From: Gordius albopunctatus
Taxonomy: Eukaryota
NCBI GenBank assembly: GCA_964276515.1
Contig: OZ193909.1
Span: forward strand, 20,274,001-20,338,000
Length of the DNA: 64,000 nucleotides
Reading direction: 5' to 3'
Below are positions 50,966 through 63,113 of this stretch, piece by piece. Position numbers and translations under genes: made by a program. Each line of letters starts with the position of its first letter. Within the stretch, counting starts at the first letter, position 1. Below the pieces are notes generated by a model. It saw nothing but the letters and a program-made list of their open reading frames with translations. It ran no database searches and was not told where the DNA came from.

Positions 50966-53500
50966 CAGAGATGGGTATTTTCCCGGGAATTTTAATTGAG
51001 GGAATATTGCTGGGAAAATACGGGAATTTAGTGGAATTAATGCGGAAAATAAACAATTCCATTAAAAAATTAATAAAAAAACATGCTAATATACAAAACG
51101 AAATGCTAATTAAGTTTATTTGTCCAATAATAAACAATATTTTATCACAAATTAACATCACATTAAAAATTGTCAATATCTGAACTTTGACTATCGTCAT
51201 TAAGCGAAGAAATTGATTCACCAGAGGAAGATAATGATAGCGTTTTTGGTTTAAAACTGACAGTATTGTTCAAGTACATATTGTGTCTTATAGAAACTAG
51301 TTTCGTGACCTTGTCATTCTTCATCCGATTTCGTGATTTAGAATGAATATTTCCAAACATAGAGCAAATTCTTTCCGTGGAAGCACTAGTGGCAGGAATT
51401 GAATAAAGTTTTACAGCAACTTCTGACAAGGGTTGATTCCTGCATAACTCTTTCCACCGCGTCAAGGGTGAAGTATAGCTTGCATTATCCCATAATGTAG
51501 AGCTTTTGGCAAATAACCCGTCTTTTGCACGAAATTCTCCCAAATTGGCAGTAACTTTGGCTACATGTAGATCCGCGCCTTGAGAAATAATCTTAATAGC
51601 TTTAAAAGCTTGGTCAGTTTCTTTAATCGTCAGATGATGTCCACAATACGGTGGATCAAGCAAATTTCCCGCCATACAGCAAAACGTCTTTCTTTCGCTA
51701 ATTAATTTTTTGATTGAGGCTGTATCATTTTGGCTGAATTCCTTGCTAGAGATCTCATTGAAGTGGATTTTTATGTTATAAAAAGCTTCGGGCACATCCG
51801 ACAGAAGTCACTGTCACTTTCTATAGAAGTTAATTTTGTCAAAATGAAATCTAAAAAAATGTTCAAAACAAATGTATCTATAAAGGCTATTTCTTGTGTT
51901 CCTCTGTTTTTCTTTGAAAGTTGAAGACAAATTTGTATTAAATTTTATATATTTAATACAAATTTGTTTAACCTTATCTGTTAAAGTTTGGATAGTGATG
52001 ACTTTATTTCAAATATCTTTAATTAATAAATTCAGTCCGTGTGCTCCACAGATAAAGCACTCAATTAAAGAAAGTTGAGATTTAACTATTTCCCAAGCCT
52101 TCTTCATATTTTTCGCATTGTCCCTTACAATTGCAATAAACTTTTAAGTACCAATTTCTTGCAGCATCACTTTGAGAAATTCATTAGATATATGCTCACC
52201 AGTGTGGCTATTCGACCCTGTATCTATAGATTGTAAAAAAATTAAATGGATTATGGACTCTCCCCTAATGTTTGTCCATCCGTCGCTGACCAATGTAAAA
52301 TTGGAGCTTAATTTTAGTTTTTCATTGATAATTGTTGTAATCTTTTCAAATTGATCATTTAGCAAGGAACCTCCTATTGCTCCTCTAGGTTGGATTTTGT
52401 AAGACGGTTTTATTGATTTTAAAAAGTTTTATTAAACGGAGGACAGTTGGACATATAGATAGCCAGTGCAAGCTTTTCATTTAACTTTTCTTGTTGCACT
52501 GGAGTCATGCTATCGAAGTACTGATTAATATATGATGTAGATTGTGTTGAATTAATTAAATTCCATGTTAACACAGGTGATTTTCCAGTGGGGTGTTTGT
52601 CTTCCAACATTGCAGAAATTGTAAATGATTCTGGGGAAATTGGAAAAACTTTTAATTCTAAGCATCTTTTTTCCCTTTCATATTTTGGACATTTATGGAT
52701 ATGGGTAGACATTTTTGTTGTGTTAGGGAAGTTCAATTTAAAATTGCAATAATTGCAGATAGCAATAAAACCTTTCTTATTGGAGGATATATGCCTAGGA
52801 AAATGTTTCCAGATATCATATGGTTTTCTTGGCATCTTTTTACGAGAAAAACCAATGTAAAAAAAATTTAACAAATTTTGATCATCAATATTAAGTAGAC
52901 AAAATTTTTACCTGAATAAAAGTTTCCAAAATGAATACAAAGTTTAAATTAAAATGATATATTAATATTATTTTACGTGTAAGTGTGTGTGTGAATTATA
53001 GTCAAAAAATATTGTGTTAAATTATAATTAAAGTCAAACTGATTTATCTAAATGTTAATCTAGATTTCAAAATCAATCTAATAAATGCTACTTTCATTTA
53101 ATTGATTATAACAATTTACTTTAGTTTAATTTGTGTGTGTGAAGTGGAATCAAAAAATATGGTACTAAAGTAGATTTAAAATCAAACAGATATAACTAAA
53201 TGTTTATTTTAATTTACAATATGTGTAACTAACCTGAATACAAATGAGACAACTGAAACTTCAAAGTTCAAATGTTCATTTTTTCTAGAATTAAGTGTTA
53301 GAAAATAGTTTCAAGTAAAGAAACAATAGGCGAAAAAATGCTAAATATAAGTTACAACGAAGAAAATATTAAATTAATTATGATTAAATTAGTTAAAAAA
53401 TAAAATAATTCTTAAATTTTATGTTAAAAACATTATTTTTTTGGGGGGGGGATGTATCATATGGAAAATTCATTTTTCCCCTTGGAATATTCCCCCTAGT
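50966..53500 (-). mobile_element. hAT transposon, decayed transposase
   Basis: End CAGAGATGGG with GGGAAT/ATTCCC subterminal repeats. BED finger IWKHF...CNYC, SDGWTNIRGESI, SHTGE, C.AHGLNL and LSEVAVKLYSIPATSASTERICS...HSKSRNRM. Confidence 0.88.
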
Positions 53501-54226
53501 GCCTTCTCTAGGCGAGCGGCTTTTATTATTTTTATTTTCACCAGATCCATGGGACTTCTCCGTTACGATACTACATTCCTTTAACATTTAAGGGGTTTTG
53601 GATTTTAATGGCGAAAAATCAATTTCTCACCTTTTTAAACATTTTGTGTAATAGTCAAAACACTTTGCTCAAATGGTTATTTATATTGCTCAACTTTTAA
53701 CAAAATACCCAAAGTGCAAAATGTATTTTATAAACATTATAGGCTAAGCTTATTTTTCTATTTTTAAGCAATTTAACGACGACGAAGGTTTTTTACAAGT
53801 AGTTTTAGAATCCTTTAAAATAATCACGCTACTTTTAATTAATGTAATAGTATGCAATAGAAAATTCAGGGCCTCGTATAAAAGGTTCGAACTTATTTAG
53901 TAGATCATCAGTTGGCGAAATCTAACTAAAACACGCACCTATATTCCAATACTTAATGGTTTATTAATACTAGTGCTATAAACTCAAGGAGCATATAAAT
54001 ATACCTCGTTAATTCATTTTTATCATGTTTTTAACTTAATACAAATCAGTTCGTAATATTAAAGAATTTCAAATAATATGAATCAAAGCTCCATAGTGTA
54101 AGGTTACACATAAATATTGTAAATTCATAGATAACATGAGATATTAATTTAAAAAATCAATTAAATTCATGAATTTTATTGTTAAACATTATACTTTATA
54201 TAATTAAGGATAAAATTCATTCTATC

Positions 54227-54981
54227 TTATATCAATTTTATTAACACCATATAATCTTCATCTTCAAAATATTTATAATTTCCACTATATCCTGATCCTG
54301 ATCTTGATGAGTATCCTGATCCTGATGAGTATCCTGATTCTGATGAGTAGTCTTTGTCATTGGAATTTAAATTGGTCTCCTGACTATATACTATAAAAGT
54401 TCAATTTTATAAATATTGCAGTTAATATAAACTCGGGCCTTCGGCCCTCGTGGGAAGGGCGAGGAAAAAGGGGGAACGAAACTCATCTATACTCCGTATA
54501 AACGTAGCATATTTGCTATGCAATTTATGGGCGAGAATGCCTATAGGGGCGTATAAAATGCAAAATGATTAGTTAATTATTAATTTCTACAAATATTTAA
54601 AAAGTTAAATGGTATTAACAAGGACAATATCTTAATTTAATTCAAAAAAAATTAGATCAATTAAGAACGTTGGATGGAAGGACAACAAACAGCGAGCCCA
54701 TAAATTGCATAACACTCGTGCATTTTGGAATTATAGTTTATGAAATAAGTAATGTTGTAAAAACGGCTCGAGGATTTTGATTGGTCGACCTTTGGTTTTG
54801 GTCGATTAAACATAAATAGACAAAAGGTTCAACTTTTGATGTATTTGTAAAAATATATAGCAAATTTTAAATATATTTTTCAATTTTATATAATATTGTC
54901 ATTGTCAAATCTATTACCTGATTATGTCAGGATTAAATTTATCGAAATACTGAAAACAAGAATAGCGAAAATAGTCTTCAT
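54227..54981 (-). pseudogene. Two-exon small secreted Ser/Gly/Tyr-rich peptide gene with in-frame TAA (pseudogene or sequence error)
   Basis: Exon 1 (54981-54918): MKTIFAILVFSISINLILT*S-G|gtaatag. Exon 2 (54390-54227), after tatag|: (V)YSQETNLNSNDKDYSSESGYSSGSGYSSRSGSGYSGNYKYFEDEDYMVLIKLI*. The phase-1 junction is compatible. Confidence 0.55.
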
Positions 54982-55494
54982 GATGGATTTACAATTTAAA
55001 AAAATAATTTAACGAAATATATTTTCTACCTCTAAATTTATACCTAAATTATTCGGTAGCATTGTTTACGTCGATTGGTTCCCATTCGTTTCTTATTTAT
55101 GTTTACAAGTTTGCTTACAATACGATCTAAAACATTTACTCTCGTAATAATATTTCATATAACTTTATTGTAAATTATTCAATTTCATGAAGATTTTCCT
55201 TAATGTTGAAAATTCTTGCAAAAATAGCTATTAATATTGAAAGTGTCACGCATAAAATATATGTTGCATATAAAAATTATATTTGAATAATAATGATATT
55301 AATATAATATATTCTCTACCATTTTTAACAAACATAATTTTTATAGCATTTACATTTGATAAGAATTTACATCAAATATGAAATGTAAAAGCTTTTAGAC
55401 CCTTGTGCTTTTATCTCATAAATTTATATATATTTTTATATTGTTATTAAAAGCTTGATATACTTTATTAAAAATTTAAATTATAAGGAAAAAT

Positions 55495-55590
55495 CATGGA
55501 TGTAGCCAGGATTTAAATTAAGGAAAAAGGAAATATTATCAATTCTGGGGAGGGGGGTAGGGGAGCAATCGCCCATCACTGGCTCCCCTT
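55495..55590. mobile_element. Degenerate G-rich MITE (CATGGA.GTAGCCAG family)
   Basis: Left TIR CATGGATGTAGCCAG, G-runs, and a decayed right end CTGGCTCCCC. Confidence 0.5.
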
Positions 55591-55606
55591 GAGACTACTC
55601 GGATCT

Positions 55607-56400
55607 CGTGAAATAGGAGTTTACTTCTCGCTATAATATGAACCTTCAGCTTGTTTACAATATTAAATTCGTGGAAATTATGTTTAAAGCTAGGGGAAAG
55701 AAGGTGTATATTTATATCAGTACAATGGTAGCATATAAAATGTAAAAACAAGTATGATTTACCCAGTGTTAAGGCTAGTGGAGAAAGCTAATATTGTATG
55801 AGATAGGAGTTTACTTACATCTCGCTATAATATGAACCTTTAGCTTGTTTACAATATTAAATTCGTGCAAATTATGTTTAAAGTTAGGGTAAGACAGGTA
55901 TATATCAGTACAATCGTGGCATATAAAATGTAAAATCAAGTATGATAGCTTGTTTACAATATTAAATTCGTGGAAATTATGTTTAAAGCTAAAGGAAAGA
56001 AGATGTATATTTATATCAGTACAATGGTAGCATATAAAATGTAAAAACACGTATGATTTACCCAGTGTTAAGGCTAGTGGAGAAAGTTAATATTGTTTGA
56101 GATAGGAGTTTACTTACATCTCGCTATAATATGAACCTTTAGCTTGTTTACAATATTAAATTCGTGGAAATTATGTTTAAAGCTAAAGGAAAGAAGATGT
56201 AGTATCTTTATAGCATCCAAAATGCGAAAATCAAGTATGATAGCTTGTTTACAATATTAAATTCGTGGAAATTATGTTTAAAGCCAGGGGAAAGAAGGTG
56301 TATCTTTATATCAGTACAATGGTGGCATCTAAAATACGAAAATAAAGTATGATTTACACAAGGTATGGATAGGGTAGGGGAGAAAGTTTATATTGTACAA
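55607..56400. repeat. Tandem repeat with alternating 194 and ~103 bp units
   Basis: The core AGCTTGTTTACAATATTAAATTCGTG.AAATTATGTTTAAAG starts at 55648, 55842, 55947, 56141 and 56242. Confidence 0.9.
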
Positions 56401-57719
56401 GAACCATAACAAATTTGATCTTTAAAAAGTTAAAGAACTAAATAATACTCTTATTTGAGCTGCATAAAGTTGTAAAAACAAAGAATTAAGAAAAAATATA
56501 TATATTAAATATTTGTCGAATGGAATTTTTCCAACGTAATGTGCTATTAAAAATATAGTGATAAAATATATTAATGTATTTTTTGATAACCATTTAGGAC
56601 GGATTTTATATTAGTTACTCGATTTTTACCCCCTCCCCCCCCCCCCATCTCGTGAAATGGGAGTTTAACTTACAGCTCATAATAATTTGTATAACATTTC
56701 GTGGAAATTGTGTTTAAATTTAGGGTGGATAGTATATCCCTATACCAATACAAAAATAAGTTGAATATAAAACATAATGAGCAATTATGATATGTATCAC
56801 GATGGGTTTAGACAAAGAGAGAAAGATGTGTACATTTTGATGCTATATAGATATACTAACTTTTTTGTTTAGCTATCACATTTTAAAAATATACACTATT
56901 TTTATTAAATCCCATATTTCATATTGACTAGTACTTCAATATAGGATATAAAATTATAATAATAATGCACTAAAATGTAAGTAAATGAATGCTAATTTAG
57001 AAATTTTATATACTAACTAATAAACAGAAAAGAATCATCAGAATTAAATGAAAATAAGACTAAATTATAATAAATTTACCCTTCTAAAAGCGGCTTTGCT
57101 TATATTGTTTGTGTTATAATAAAAAGGTTTAATTTAGTCTTCCTATAATCATTTATTATTTTTATAAAGAAAATTACATATTTTTTGAAGGTGAGATAAA
57201 TAAATTAAAAAATTTAATTGAAAATCTTTATTACAAGTCATTAATGATGAATGTATTTTAAACTGCAATTCATAGCTTCAATAAAAGACAATTTCGAGAA
57301 TATTTTATAGCGAGGAAGATTTAAAATCCAAAAATTGGGATTGTAATTATGAAATATATCAAGGTTTAAATGATCTAAACTGAAAACTTAAAATATTATA
57401 TATTTAGTTATAGCTCTCACCTTAAATTATATTGATGTCCCCCAAAGGCTAAAATATAGTATTTATATATTAATAAATTTTAAAAAAATTGAATTTAAAG
57501 GGGCAGCTTCATTACCACACACCATAAATTAGGTAACTCAAGAAATCCCGTTTGCCAAGAACAACCCATCCCTTCAAATGAACTATCAAACCAAATATGA
57601 ATTCAACCCTTGGAATTTTTTTTTATAAGTTAAGTACGTTTTATTCAAATTAATTAATAAAAGTATCGCATGGGTAAAATTCATTGGTAAATAAATTACT
57701 ACGAAAGAAAACGCGTTAA

Positions 57720-57815
57720 AAACTGATTGGATGGCATTGATCCGTATATGGAAATCGTGTTGGATTGGACGATTTCCATAGTGATCTTTTACCTGATGTA
57801 GAAGAATTCCTTAGG
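57720..57815 (-). mobile_element. CRE family-1 3'-terminal fragment
   Basis: Reverse complement of the 14655-14730 sequence (GATGGCATTGATCCGTATATGGAAATCGTGTTGGA). Confidence 0.7.
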
Positions 57816-58140
57816 TTCTAAAGAAGAATTCCAGCCCACCAAACTGCTCCACTATGACTACATAAACAAATCATGAGGTACTACACAAGTACACATTGTT
57901 GATGGATCACGTGAGAATATCGGTTTTTGGGCAACCTTTAAAATGCTCTTCTATTCAAATACCAATCAAAACATCCTAATGCCAACCAATAAAAATATAA
58001 GCCCAACTTGAATTTTCAACCAATCAAAATGAGCTAAAATATTATTTGCACGAAATAAAGTTAGATACATAAGCGTAATAGAAAAACAAAGACATAATTG
58101 TTAAATACAAAGATCTATTTCATTATCTTTTAAAATAGGC

Positions 58141-61100
58141 TAGTGTTTCGATCTCCTCTCGGTCTAGAAAAATCTCGATCTCGTCTCGACTTTTTTAAAC
58201 AAATATATACGGAATAAAAATTTCTCCCGTTTTATTAAAAATATTAAATAAGTTTTAAAAAATTAAAATGGCGAATTTTTATATTTTTTGATAAACTTTA
58301 ATACACAAACTTTTTAAAGATTTAGCGGGACGCGACATCTCATTGTCAATATAAAGATATGAATTCATTCAAAAAATAACATTTTCTATGGAAAGTGCAG
58401 ACTAAAAAACTATAAATAAATTTGAAGTATAGAAAATTAAATTTTATTGTTCTAGCAAATTATAACGTTTGTATCAAATCACCGTGTTTGTCAACTATAT
58501 AGACTTAGAAAATAATAATTTCGGTTATAGTTTTTTTACATTAATAAGCGAAATACAAAAATTAAGACATATTGGTTAAATACAAAGATCTATATCATTC
58601 TCTTCTAAAATGGGCCATGAGTCGGCAAAGGATTTAAAGTTGTATCGTGCAACAAGAATCCCTAGTTGTTGCCTGAGTAAAAAGGACGCAGAAATTTTAG
58701 ATTTCGGGGTGCGTTTTCCGATTTCTTTAAAAAACCCCATTGCCTGTTTGCCAAAGGAACCGGAGCACGTGGCAACGACAGGGATAAAAATATTGGATGC
58801 CAAAAGGGCAGAATACTTTGTAGTTTTACGCCCTTCTTCTGTAGCGATAGGGTCGTAATTAAAATGGGAAGGGGCAAAAAAGTCAATACAAATAAAATCC
58901 CATTTGAGGGATAGGCCATTTTGCCAGGGGACTAGAGAAGAGCCGTCAGGGCGCATCCTACCTTCAAGGGAGGGATCGGACGGCTCAAGGATTGAGGGGA
59001 TTTTGGCCTTTTTAACGGCAGCTTGAATTAATAAATTAGCTTTAGTGTGCCTAACGTATTTATATTTGTTTGTTAGGCAGTGTAGAGGGTGCCTAGCATA
59101 TTCGTCTACAACGGTAAGGCAGTTTTGACAGTTGAATTCTCTGCTGTAACTAATCCCCAACCTTAAAGCTATGGAATATGATAGCTCAAAGTCTTCAAGC
59201 AGCATTCCCAAAAGTTTGCTGGGATAGGCTTCAAGCCACTCGTGACCGGAACCGTCAAAAGCGAGGGACCTAAGGTTGTAATGCTGGCTATCATCGCTGC
59301 TCGATAAGAGGTAATCAACGGAGCGCGATACTAGTCCAGAATCCCAATCCTTTTGTCTCGTACTTTGAGGTTGGATGGTCTCGGGTGTGACATTCAAATT
59401 CCAAAGCTCCAAGGCTTGAGTTAGCAGGGGGTCGGAATCATGGTTTATGAGATTAAAAATTAAGTTTTGGACCGACTTAAAAGAGGAAATAAAAGCGGCT
59501 AGCGATATGCTGCCGGGAGGGCGAATTCCTAATCCTCAAGATTTGGTTGGGAGGGATGCTTGAATCCAATTGTTAGTATTAAATTTAAAATTTTTTCTAA
59601 TAGCGTTTTTAAAAAGCCTTCGTACGACTTTAAAACGTCTGGGTGTAAAAATGCGCCAGATGAGCGAAAACAATGATTAATCTTTGAGATGTTAAAATAG
59701 TTTTTGATTATGTAAAATTAGTGATGCGCTGGCAAGCATTTTAAAAGTTCCGTTTTAGATTTTAAAATTTCAAGGTTCTTATGAAGAAAATTTAAGAGAG
59801 ATTTTTCACCTCCAATGGGTGATCCCAAAAGGGATATGTTTTCCTTCTCTAAAATTAAAAAAGGTTTAAAAATTGGAAAGTCAATAGTGTTGGGGGCCTG
59901 AAAGATTTCACATTTTTTCGAGTTTAATGTAGGATTCAGAGTGGGTTTAAAATTGTTGATAATTTGAATAGCTTTACTGATCTCCTCCGGGCGGCCACAT
60001 AGGGTGGCGTCGTCGAGATACCAAACATTTAAATCCAGGATACACTGAGATGATATAGCCTCGACTAAATTATGAATGGCTAAACAAAACAAAGGAGGGC
60101 CTAATGGGTCTCCTTGTTGGATGCCTTCGGACGAGTCAATGACGTATTCGCCGAATCGAAGCTTGGTTGTAGAACCATAGCTTAATAAAATGTAATTTAC
60201 GAATTGTGGGAATTCAGCTAAAAAAGTGTTAATAAGGGTTTCTCTTCGAATGCAGTTAAAAGCATTGGCAAAATCTAATTTAACAAAGCAGGGTTCGGTG
60301 GGAATATTTTGGAGTGTGATCCGGCCAGCATGGCTGGCTGCCTCACATCCGCCTTTAATTCCGAAGCCGAGTTGATGAGGGCGGAGCTTGGCGGATAAGG
60401 AGGATTTTATGAGTTTTCAGACGGTTTTTGATATAATACGGCGAAAAAGACTTCCAATGGCGATGGGTCTAACTGAATTATCCGGTTTTTTGATGGCGAT
60501 AAGTTTTGCACCGAATAAAATAGGGATGATTTCATGAGGAGATTTTCCGTTAACAATGATATTACAAAAGGAAGTAATAGAATTTAAAAGAGGTTCAGTA
60601 TTTAAATTATTCAGGTCGAGTAAATCTTGTAGATATACTGGGCGCCATCCGTCGAGTCCGGCTGCGGAGTCCAAAGGAAAGGAGTTAAGGGCTTCACGGA
60701 TGTCTGAAGACTCGAGCACTATTGATGATGGTGATGTGGGGTATTTACTGGCTGAGGATGCTGCTGGCCGTTTTTGATTAAGCTCCCTATAAGAGTCAGG
60801 GCAACAAGGGGCAATTGAGTTGTTATCATAAAAAGCTCTAAGGGCACTTTTTGGGTTGAAATTATGGATTTTATTTGAAATGTGTTCGGCTGTTTGGTTA
60901 ATTATGGGTTCCAGTGGAAAGGGTTTTGTTTTACTTGTGCATGTAATGGGAACATCAGTATTAAAACACAGAAGGGATTCCTTGATGAGGCTTGATAAAT
61001 TATGTTCATTAGGTTCCCTAACATAAAGGATATAATATGGGAATTTAAAAAGTTTGTCCCAATTGGTTAAGTTATAAGGGTTTTTGATAATGGAAGTGAA

Positions 61101-62257
61101 TATATTTAGCAGAGATTGTTGGATGGAAGGTCTAGCTCCTCTTGGGATTCTAGAGATAGTATTAGGAAATGGGTTTGTTAAAAAAGAATTGCTCCAAGAT
61201 GAGTCAGGCGGTTGATTAATTGATGGGGAGCATTGTAAGGATGGGTGGATGACGGGTAGTTACACAATTTAGCCTATTGAGACCCTTTATTAACCCTGGC
61301 TAAAGCTTCAAAGTAGACCTTAACATATTTAAGGCAAACATTAAGTCCATTAGTACCATTATTAATTATAGCCCATAGTGTTTATTGCATGTTTACTATA
61401 GCGTTATAAACCACAATGTGCGATTGACTGTTAATAGATAATATTATTATTTACAGAATTGATAACTAGATGCACATATAAAAACGGGTAGAAACAACAA
61501 TAAAAGCAGCATTATTATAGGGTTAGGAACTCTAAATTGCACGTATTTAAATTTATGACAAAAATCATTAAAATCAAATTTATCTTCCAATTCTAACTAA
61601 CTTTGACATTAAATAGTTATTTATCGAATATAGTTGAAGCATAAAACTTCTAGAAAACTCATGCTTTAGATTTAATCTATTGCGGTGTCATTAAATAATC
61701 TATTGTACTTTTGAAATCGTTAAGCGGGTGCTAAAAAATCTCGAGCTACCTTAACTTAACTAGTTTAATTATTCAAACTGATTGACCACCAATTTATAAT
61801 TACCGCATTATGCAGGATGAATAACTGCGAAATATAAATATGTTTTGTTTATATTTACTATTCAATCAGAACTCATTCTATGCCTATATTTTTTTAATAT
61901 TTAATGCTATGAATTTAAATATGTAATAAAGATATTATAAAATTATTCACATACCCTAAGGGTCAACCATACTTAGGTAAATCCTGCAAAAAATATAATA
62001 TTTTCAGGAATTTTTTTAATATCAAATATATTCCATACGTATTAATTTAAACTTAATACCTTAAATGTAAATCATGCAAATTAAAATACACAATAATTTA
62101 CTAAAATATAACGATATAAAAAGTCGAGATCTCGCCGATAAAATCTCGTCTCGTCTCGACAGCAAAATACTCGTCTCGATTCCATCTTTTTAATTCTCGT
62201 CTCGTCTCTGTTTTTCGAGACGAGACCGAGATTTTTCTCGGTTTTTTCGAATCACTA
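58141..62257. mobile_element. Non-autonomous hAT element inserted in a CRE 3' fragment and carrying a CRE insertion
   Basis: Ends TAGTGTTTCGA...TCGAATCACTA, TCTCG subterminal repeats and a perfect TSD AAATAGGC (58133-58140, 62258-62265). Confidence 0.88.
58540..61260 (-). mobile_element. CRE-clade non-LTR retrotransposon (family 2), longest copy
   Basis: SAAGLDGWRP, GAKLIAIKKPDNSVRPIAIGSLFRRI, QLGFGIKGGCE, KLDFANAFN, GIQQGDPLGP, WYLDD, a CCHC knuckle (CQNC...HPLHC) and RLE (RPDG...WDF..ID...K..KY). Confidence 0.92.
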
Positions 62258-62437
62258 AAATAGGCCATGAGTCGGCAAAGGATTTAAAGTGGTATCGTAC
62301 AATTCCTAGTTTTTGCCAAAGTAAAAAGGACGCGGAAATTTTAGGTTTCGGTGAGCGTTTTCCTATTTCTTTAATGAATTCCATTGCTTGTTTACCAAAG
62401 GAACCAGAGCATGAGGCAACAACAGGGATAAAAATAC
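62258..62437 (-). mobile_element. CRE family-2 3' fragment (continues at 58085-58140)
   Basis: FIPVVASCSGSFGKQAMEFIKEIGKR...FADSWPIL. The remainder of the frame lies on the other side of the hAT element. Confidence 0.85.
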
Positions 62438-62509
62438 GATGTTATTTAAATCCACAGTAATAAATAAAAATGCTCAGTAAAAATGCTCAGTATTTTATTA
62501 AAGTGCTCA

Positions 62510-63113
62510 GTTCTTCTTCTTCCTCTTTCTATGACTGCCTGTCACCTAGGCTGGTGGTCAATCCTTTCAGCATTCGTTTCTCTGTTTACATAGATCTTTC
62601 TTTATCTTGTGGACCTTTATATCATTCCGTATTTTATGAATCCAGGTAAGCTTGGGTCTTCCTCTCCTTCGATTTTCTTTCCTACGTAGCTATCGTCCTT
62701 CTTTTGACATGACCATACCATCTTAGTCTATTTGTTAGGAGCTTTGTCGCAATTGATGTAGTACCCAAAATTCTTCTTATTTCTTCATTTCGCCTATGGT
62801 CCTTTTTGCTTACTCCTAGCACCCATCTTAGCATTCTCATCTCCATGGCCGCAAGACGTTGCTCTTTTTTTACGTATAGCCCATGATTCCGAGCTATACA
62901 GGACTGTTGGCTGTATGATGGATTTATACAGTGCGCCTTTTAGTCTTCTCGGGATGTTTTTGTCAAACAGAACACCTGTCAAGTCCCTCAACTTGAGCCA
63001 TCTGGAATTTATCCTTGCTTGGATTTCTTTATCCATTCCACCATCCGATCCTATATATTTGAAGGAATCCACGCTTGTAAGTTGCCAATCGCCTAAAGTA
63101 AGGGATGCACTTT
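62510..63113 (-). mobile_element. RTE-clade LINE 3' part
   Basis: VDSFKYIGS, LTGVLFDKNIPRRLKGALYKSIIQPTVLYSSESW and RLRWYGHV, with an (AAG)n tail near 62511. Confidence 0.85.

Noticed and set aside
55607..56400. CRISPR-like array (42-bp core recurring five times)
   Set aside because: The intervening sequences are homologous to each other rather than unique spacers, there are no cas genes, and the context is eukaryotic.
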